Assembly: GCA_050949565.1 (NCBI GenBank)
Contig: JBMNFY010000001.1
Location: 192,001 to 256,000, forward strand
Direction of reading: 5' to 3'
From: Kiritimatiellia bacterium
GTDB lineage: Bacteria > Verrucomicrobiota > Kiritimatiellia > RFP12 > UBA1067
DNA length: 64,000 nt
Below, one piece after another: positions 58,134 through 64,000 of this stretch (its first letter is position 1; each line of letters opens with the position of its first letter). A program made the translations under genes and the position numbers. The notes below the pieces were generated by a model that worked only from the letters and a program-made list of their open reading frames with translations, did no database searches and was not told where the DNA came from.

Positions 58134-58850
58134 TCATTGCGGCGTCGCGTCGGATTTCGCGAGCCCGGTGTTGTAGGCCAGTTCAAAGCGGTGTGTCACC
58201 TGTTCGAGTTCCGTCGTGCGGCGCTTGATCTGCGACACAAAGAAGTTGAACGGGAAGAGGCAACAGATCGCCACCACCAAGCCTGCGGCGGTGGTGATGA
58301 GCGCCTCGGCGATACCGGCCGTGGCGCCGGTAGGGTTCTCTACGCCGGTGGCACTCAGCACGTTGAAGGTGTTGATGATGCCGGTGACTGTGCCGAGGAT
58401 GCCGAGCATCGGGGCTACGGTAATGGCGGTGTCAAGCACGGAGAAGCCACGGCGCAGGCGATCCAGTTCAAGTTGCGAGGCGGCCACAAGCGTCTCTTGG
58501 AAACCGGCTTCACGGTTTTCCAGCGCACTACCGAAGATACGGCAGATCGGCGAATCGGCCGCGCGTGCGACTGCGAGTGCCTCGTCGAAACGGCCGTCGC
58601 GTGTCAGGTCGAGAATCTCCTTTTGGCGGTTGCGGAAATAGAAGTTAGCGGCGTTGTATTTCCAGAAGGCGAAGAAGCGTTCGATGGCCACGGCTAGGGC
58701 GATGAGCGAGCAAATCAGGATCGGCCACATCACCGGGCCGCCACGGTCAAACATGACGAGGGCGGCGTCGAAGAGGCCTTGGGCGGCCTCGGGAGCATTC
58801 TGTGCGAGAAAAACCGAACCATGAAACACATGAAACTTCATAAAAACCAT
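58134..58850 (-). CDS. exbB: MotA/TolQ/ExbB proton channel protein
   Basis: GGPVMWPI, APMLGILGTVTGII, GIAEALITTAAGL; start uncertain (AAGGAAGG before 58850). Confidence 0.92.
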   Translation of the reverse strand: MVFMKFHVFHGSVFLAQNAPEAAQGLFDAALVMFDRGGPVMWPILICSLIALAVAIERFFAFWKYNAANFYFRNRQKEILDLTRDGRFDEALAVARAADSPICRIFGSALENREAGFQETLVAASQLELDRLRRGFSVLDTAITVAPMLGILGTVTGIINTFNVLSATGVENPTGATAGIAEALITTAAGLVVAICCLFPFNFFVSQIKRRTTELEQVTHRFELAYNTGLAKSDATPQ

Positions 58851-59021
58851 GCCTTCCTTTTCGTGTATTCCGTGTATTTCGTGGTAAAAAACCCGAGCAC
58901 TGCCTTCCAAAAAACCTTAGTGCCCTTTGTGCCTTCGTGTGAGGAAACAATCTGTTTTTTTATCGCGCCTGTTGAGCCGTAAGGTACTAACCCGTATAAA
59001 CGCGAAGCGCGCGCCGACGGT

Positions 59022-60002
59022 TCACATGACCTTCATTTTCGGCAGATCCTGAATATCCACGTAGCCCACCAACAGGCCATTGGCATCGACCACGGGCAGG
59101 TCATCAATCTTATACTTTTCAAAAACGCGCAGCACATCCACGGCGTAGGCGTCGTCCGTCACCGAGATCGGCCGTTTCGTCATCACGGCTTCGATGGGAC
59201 GGTGCAGGATCTCCTGTCCTTCAGAGAGCAGGCGTCGTAGGTCGCCGTCCGTGAAGATGCCAGCCAGCCGCCCGTCGGCGTGGGCGACCAGCGCGGCACC
59301 GCTCTTGGCAGTGGTCATGGCCATGATGCCGTCCATGACCGTGGCGGAAAGCGCCACGCGAGCCATGTGCTCGCCAGTGCGCATGATGTCGCACACGCGC
59401 AACACCAGTGCGCGGCCGATCGCACCGGCGGGGTGCAGGCGGGCGTAGCGCTCCTTATTGAAGTGGCGGGCTTCAATCAGAACCATGGCGAGCGCGTCGC
59501 CCACCGCCAGCGTGGCGGTCGTGCTGGTGGTCGGTGCCATGCCGAAGGGGCAGGCTTCTTGTCCGATACAGACGTGGAGCACGACATCGCTCAGGTGGGC
59601 GAGGGTGCTGTCGGGGTTGCCCACCATGCCGATCACGCGGATGCCGAGGCGGCGCACAGCCGGGATCAGCTTGATGACTTCATCGGACTCGCCCGAAAAA
59701 CTGAGGGCCAGCAGGACGTCCTGCTCAGCGATCATGCCAAGGTCGCCGTGCATCGCCTGGATCGGGTTCATGACCACGCTGGTCGATCCGGTGCTGGCCA
59801 GCGTGGCGGAGAGTTTCTCCGCGATGTGCAGGTTTTTGCCGACGCCGGTCACGACGATCTTGCCGCCGTTTCCGAGGGTTTCGAGAATCAGGTTCACTGT
59901 GGCGACAAAGCCTTCGCCCAGCGCGGCCTGTGCGCGGCGCAGCCCTTCGATCTCGACATCAAGGACTTGCCGGGCGCGTGACAGGATTGCAGTGTTGTCC
60001 AT
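59022..60002 (-). CDS. kdsD: Arabinose-5-phosphate isomerase (KpsF/GutQ; SIS plus 2 CBS)
   Basis: TGVGK, ASTGS, HGDLG, EACPFGMAPTTST, HPAGAIG, FTDGDLRR. Confidence 0.93.
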   Translation of the reverse strand: MDNTAILSRARQVLDVEIEGLRRAQAALGEGFVATVNLILETLGNGGKIVVTGVGKNLHIAEKLSATLASTGSTSVVMNPIQAMHGDLGMIAEQDVLLALSFSGESDEVIKLIPAVRRLGIRVIGMVGNPDSTLAHLSDVVLHVCIGQEACPFGMAPTTSTTATLAVGDALAMVLIEARHFNKERYARLHPAGAIGRALVLRVCDIMRTGEHMARVALSATVMDGIMAMTTAKSGAALVAHADGRLAGIFTDGDLRRLLSEGQEILHRPIEAVMTKRPISVTDDAYAVDVLRVFEKYKIDDLPVVDANGLLVGYVDIQDLPKMKVM

Positions 60003-60110
60003 AAATCAACTGTAGGTTTTTCGGTTCTGGCGGCACCGTTCGACGTGAGTCTCCGCCTATGAGTGTTGTGTCCAGTGTAGCGTATAAAGGCGGGTTCGCA
60101 ACAGGTCTTT

Positions 60111-60722
60111 TCAGACATCGATGCCCAGCATGACGAGCGGAACTGATGGGACACCGCGACCCTGCCTGACGATATTGTAAAACTCGCCTTCGTAGTAAGC
60201 CACACCAGAACTCATATGTTTTTGGAGTGACTTCATAGGTAAAATTTCGATGCCGACGTCAATTTGATCGCGGACAAAGAAGGCAAGGTGCTTGACAAAA
60301 AGATCATATGCCACAAACGAATATTTGCCGAATTGTACCTCAACGGCCACACGATCCTTCACGAAATCGGTCTGATTGTAGCTGAGTATTGGCTCCTCGC
60401 CCGCCTCTTCAATTTCCTTCTTCTGCTCTTTGGCCGACATGGTAAGTGTCTTCCGAATTAGCTTCTCGCTTCGTGTCACCCAATAACTGATTCTGCTCTC
60501 CTTCCAGCCCTTGGCTGACAGGAAATGCTTGAACTCCTTGTTCATGCCAATCGGACTGAACAGCAACTCCCCTCTCATTCTTTTCTCTTTCGACACCTTG
60601 GTCCTACACTTTTCAGCGTCAACCGTCGCAACGACATCTTGTATCTCCCTCCACAGTGCCGGTTTGTGAACGAGTAGAAACTCAAGCCCATTGAGATGGG
60701 AATAGGTTTCGACAATTCTCAT
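60111..60722 (-). CDS. BglII/BstYI-family type II restriction endonuclease
   Basis: YSHLNG, NQTDFVKDRVAVEVQFGKY, DVGIEILP; overlaps MTase stop (ATGA). Confidence 0.9.
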   Translation of the reverse strand: MRIVETYSHLNGLEFLLVHKPALWREIQDVVATVDAEKCRTKVSKEKRMRGELLFSPIGMNKEFKHFLSAKGWKESRISYWVTRSEKLIRKTLTMSAKEQKKEIEEAGEEPILSYNQTDFVKDRVAVEVQFGKYSFVAYDLFVKHLAFFVRDQIDVGIEILPMKSLQKHMSSGVAYYEGEFYNIVRQGRGVPSVPLVMLGIDV

Positions 60723-61687
60723 TTGGCGGCGTACCTTTCTCGTTTGCTCTTCTTCTCCAAGAGCATCATCTGAGTAACATCGACGGGCTTTTTAGGCTTT
60801 TCCCATGGCGCGATGGTGAGGCTATTTCCGGCTTTGACCGGATCATAAACTGCTTTGTGCATCGGACGCGTTCTGAGGGTACCAGCGAGTTCCGCCTTGA
60901 TCCTTTCCTTAGCGAGGCTCACATATTTCGGGACCACCTCAGCTCCGGCTCCCCGACGTCCGTGACGTACAGCCGCGATAACTGTTGTTCCTGATCCGAG
61001 AAACGGATCAAAGACCCAATCTTCCGGCTTCGTCATCGAAAGAACCAAACGTTCGATCAGTTCAACGGGAAACTGACATGGATGTTCGGTCTTTTCCACA
61101 TGGTTGCTCTTTACGTTGGGAATAATCCAAAGATCACCGGGGTTTTTCCCCAACGGGTTACAGGAGTATTCCCCCGCCTTTGGACCTTTGAAGTATTTTT
61201 TTCCAGGGTACTTTTGAGGAACCCGCACAGGGTCCAGATCGAAAAAATATCTTTCCGACTTAGTAAACCACATGATGGTTTCGTACCGACCAGAAAAACG
61301 TTTGGAACAATGCAACCCGTGCTCGAAATGCCAAATTATCCGATTGCGCATCCGCAGGCCAAGTTTCGTGAAAACTGGATAGAGCATGGTGTCCAGGGGG
61401 ATGATGGCACCCCTATCGACATAATTTCCCACCTGCCAGCAGATACTACCGCGCGGGGAGAGACACCGAACACACTCCTGGATGACTTCGGCTTGCTGAT
61501 CAATGTATTTGTCGAGTTTGAGCCGCTTTTCGTACTCTTTGCCGATGTTGTAGGGCGGTGACGTGACAATCAGACCAAAAATCCCGTCCGGGCAACTACG
61601 CAATAGGTCAAGGCAGTCGCCAAGGAACACGACGGCTCGTTCGTTCGGGTCAAAGTTATCAACTACGTTCTGCGTTCTCTCAAACAT
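60719..61687 (-). CDS. Type II DNA methyltransferase, beta class (M.BglII-like, probably N4-C)
   Basis: VTSPPY, NPLGKNPGDLW, HPCQFP, DPFLGSGTT. Confidence 0.93.
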   Translation of the reverse strand: MFERTQNVVDNFDPNERAVVFLGDCLDLLRSCPDGIFGLIVTSPPYNIGKEYEKRLKLDKYIDQQAEVIQECVRCLSPRGSICWQVGNYVDRGAIIPLDTMLYPVFTKLGLRMRNRIIWHFEHGLHCSKRFSGRYETIMWFTKSERYFFDLDPVRVPQKYPGKKYFKGPKAGEYSCNPLGKNPGDLWIIPNVKSNHVEKTEHPCQFPVELIERLVLSMTKPEDWVFDPFLGSGTTVIAAVRHGRRGAGAEVVPKYVSLAKERIKAELAGTLRTRPMHKAVYDPVKAGNSLTIAPWEKPKKPVDVTQMMLLEKKSKRERYAAK

Positions 61688-62007
61688 GGGGATAGGATAC
61701 CGGATCGGCGATGGCGGGTCAATTCGCCAAACGATGTATCAGACAACTAAAGGACAGGTATTTAGTGCTCAAAAACCCTGCCTTAGTAATCGGTTAGTGA
61801 CGGGGGGCAGCGAGCCGAGCGCGTGGTTTGTACCCATTTCGGCACTCATAAGGCAGACGAAAAAATCTGCGGCGGCAAGCGGTATTCCGCGCGACGCCGC
61901 TTTTTGCGCAGGGATGCGGTGGTTGGGTGGTGCGCAAAAGCGATGCCGCGAGGCACACTCGTCCAAAACACTCGTCGAAACACTTCGTCGCTGGTGCAAT
62001 CGACTAA

Positions 62008-62948
62008 GGGCTTATCCGCAAATAATTGTTTCATTTCCCAGCGTTTCCTGATAAAATTCCCGCCAACCAACCACATCAGGAGGACAATCAGATGGCGAGA
62101 ATACGCACTTGGGAGATTAGTGACGAGTTTTGGGCTCTGGTCGAGCCACTGCTGCCGGAGACGCGCAGAGATCCATCCCGTACGTACAAGCGGAAGCCCG
62201 GCGGCGGCAGGAAGACGGTCTATAGCGACCGGCTTTACTTCGAGGCGATTGTCTACGTTCTTCGCAACGGGCTCATCTGGAACGCGCTTCCCCGTGAAAA
62301 GTTCGGGGGATTGGGCAGTTCGGCAGTGCACAAGCGCTTTCAGGAGTGGGCCAGGGCGGGATTTTTCTTGGCGATCTGGCGCAAGGGGCTTGCCGAATAC
62401 GATGAGCTTGAAGGTATCGCCTGGGAGTGGCAATCTGCCGACAGCACTAACAATAAAGCGCCGCTGGCACGCGAATCCGTAGGGCCTAACCCAACGGACA
62501 AGGGGAAAAAAAGGTGCCAAGCGCCACGTTCTCGCCGACGGGCGTGGCGTCCCGCTGTCGATCGCCGTAACCGGAGCCAACGTGCATGACAGCAAGGAAA
62601 TTGACGCGCTTCTCGCCGCCAAGGTTGTGCGGCAGCCCGAGTCTGGCGGCGAAGGCGTGATCGAAAACCTCTGTCTTGATGCAGCATATACAGGCAAAGG
62701 CGATATCGTGGCCGCGTGGGGATATATTCCACACATTAGCCCGCGAAACAAAGAGGCTGCAGAAATCAAACGCAATCCAGAGTTCAAGGCGCGAAGATGG
62801 GTCGTAGAGGCAAACCATTCATGGACGAACCGCTTTCGGAAGATCGATAAGCGGTACGAGAAGACCGACCTTTCATGTTACGCGCTCCTACATCTGGCTG
62901 CGGGCATGATTACCCTCAACAAGGTGATGGTTATTTACGGATAAGTCC
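62008..62948 (+). mobile_element. Complete IS5-family insertion sequence (941 bp)
   Basis: 18-bp TIRs GGGCTTATCCGCAAATAA / TTATTTACGGATAAGTCC (2 mismatches); TAA duplication at 62005-62007 and 62949-62951. Confidence 0.92.
62092..62944 (+). CDS. IS5 transposase in two ORFs joined by a +1 shift at G4A7 (62502-62512)
   Basis: ISDEFW..EPLLP, YVLRNGLIWNALP, ADS; then GAKRHVLADGRGVPL, LDAAY, RWVVE, RYEK. Confidence 0.9.
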
Positions 62949-63314
62949 TAAGAGTGGAGACTACGAGTGTAAAGACTAAGAGTGGGGACAAAGTGTGTCT
63001 CCGCGCACAGCGCGGAAGGAAAGCGGTGCCGCGACCCGCGCACAGCGCGGCTCTTGTCACCGCATTCCAAATTTTTCCGCCGCGCCATGCGCGGCACAAC
63101 CTTCATGCGCCCGCGCAGCGCGAAATCATGGTCAATCATGTCCCAAAAACGCAACCCAACTCCCACCCAGAAACGCATTGTCTTCGCACACCCCTGTCAC
63201 TAACCGATTACGATTACTCTGTCGATTACTCTTGCCCGAGCGGTGCCGAAAAGACTAGAATGGAATCAATGGAGTTTAACCTGTGGCTAATCAGGCGACT
63301 GAAAGGAGGCGGAC

Positions 63315-63701
63315 ATGAGAAGTTTTGGTATCCAGACAAGCGCTCGCAGTCAGTGCATTAACATCACCGATCGAGTCCAGGAGGCGGTTCAGGCCCTAGG
63401 CATCACCGATGGTGTCATAACGGTCTTCACGCCTCACACGACCTGCGCGGTGACCATCAACGAGAACGCGGACCCTCATGTGATGGGCGACATCCTGATG
63501 CAGCTTGAGGCTCTCGCGCCTTGGGAGAATGCAGCCTACAAGCACGACGGCGGAAATACCGCCGCGCATATGAAAGCCTCGCTGGTCGGCTCTTCCGTAC
63601 AGGTCATCGTTGTGAGCGGCAGCTTGCAACTCGGCATGTGGCAGGGCATTTTCCTCTGCGAGTTCGACGGCCCCCGCATCCGGCACGTATGGGTGCAGTG
63701 A
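63315..63701 (+). CDS. yjbQ: YjbQ/UPF0047 family protein
   Basis: HTTCAVTINENADP, AAHMKASL, LGMWQGIFLCEFDGPR. Confidence 0.92.
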   Translation: MRSFGIQTSARSQCINITDRVQEAVQALGITDGVITVFTPHTTCAVTINENADPHVMGDILMQLEALAPWENAAYKHDGGNTAAHMKASLVGSSVQVIVVSGSLQLGMWQGIFLCEFDGPRIRHVWVQ

Positions 63702-63708
63702 CGCGCAG

Positions 63709-64000
63709 TCACGGCCCGAAGGCGATGCCGAGTGATGAGCCGGTGGCGACGATGTGCTTCGCCGCCGCGGCGTACTCCTCGGCGCCTTTCAGGTGTTCGA
63801 TCATCAGCGGCGGCGGTTCCGGCAGGGCTGCGAGCCGCCGCAGGAAGGTGGCGTAATCAAGCACGCCGGTTCCGGGGCGTACCTCCCGGAAGTGGACGTT
63901 CATCTCGATCTCCCACGCCAGATCCTTGGCGTGGCAGCTTACGATCCACGGCCCCAGCAGGTCAAAGCAGGCATTGAGCAGGTCGGTGTTGCGGTAGATC
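63709..64000 (-). CDS. Sugar phosphate isomerase/epimerase, C-terminal part (partial)
   Basis: Reads IYRNTDLLNACFDLLGPWIVSCHAKD...PGTGVLDY...LMIEH. Confidence 0.8.
   Translation of the reverse strand, partial: IYRNTDLLNACFDLLGPWIVSCHAKDLAWEIEMNVHFREVRPGTGVLDYATFLRRLAALPEPPPLMIEHLKGAEEYAAAAKHIVATGSSLGIAFGP

Larger units (their letters stand above)
61786..63151. repeat. Element bounded by 21-bp inverted repeats, containing REP-A, REP-B and the IS5 insertion
   Basis: GTAATCGGTTAGTGACGGGGG (61786-61806) versus CCCCTGTCACTAACCGATTAC (63131-63151), 20/21 match. Confidence 0.7.

Noticed and set aside
48523-61765. Classical integron capturing the R-M and Fic genes
   Set aside because: No IntI and no recognisable attC (RYYYAAC...GTTRRRY) sites; cassettes are separated by housekeeping genes

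Overview
GC-rich bacterial chromosome segment. Gene content and style suggest the PVC superphylum, most like Kiritimatiellae/Lentisphaerae (inference). It carries housekeeping genes (aroF, lysA, lpdA/pdhC, hrpA, kdgK, trpB, ettA, kduD, tsaB, ybaK, tonB-exbD-exbB, kdsD, yjbQ), tRNA-Gly(CCC), tRNA-Leu(GAG) and many secreted or Tat carbohydrate-active proteins. Accessory genes are two type II R-M cassettes (XhoI/PaeR7I-like with a frameshift, BglII/BstYI-like), a Fic protein, an XRE-ImmA/IrrE pseudo-protease and a complete IS5. There is no CRISPR array, rRNA or prophage. The most unusual signal is non-coding: intergenic spacers are mosaics of 7-mer arrays, 9-mer triplets and several REP-like families. 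These include a nested (Russian-doll) inverted-repeat stack at 56316-56711, a conserved linker CCGAGCAnTGCCYYCCAAAAAA joining different 9-mer triplets at three loci, and a GACAACTAAnGGACAGGT motif just upstream of both R-M cassettes. Together they suggest an undescribed repeat-based cassette or insertion platform, but no cognate enzyme is visible in the window. A tandem pair of double-GYF/coiled-coil genes is the best protein-level novelty. All calls come from motif reading only; no searches were run.
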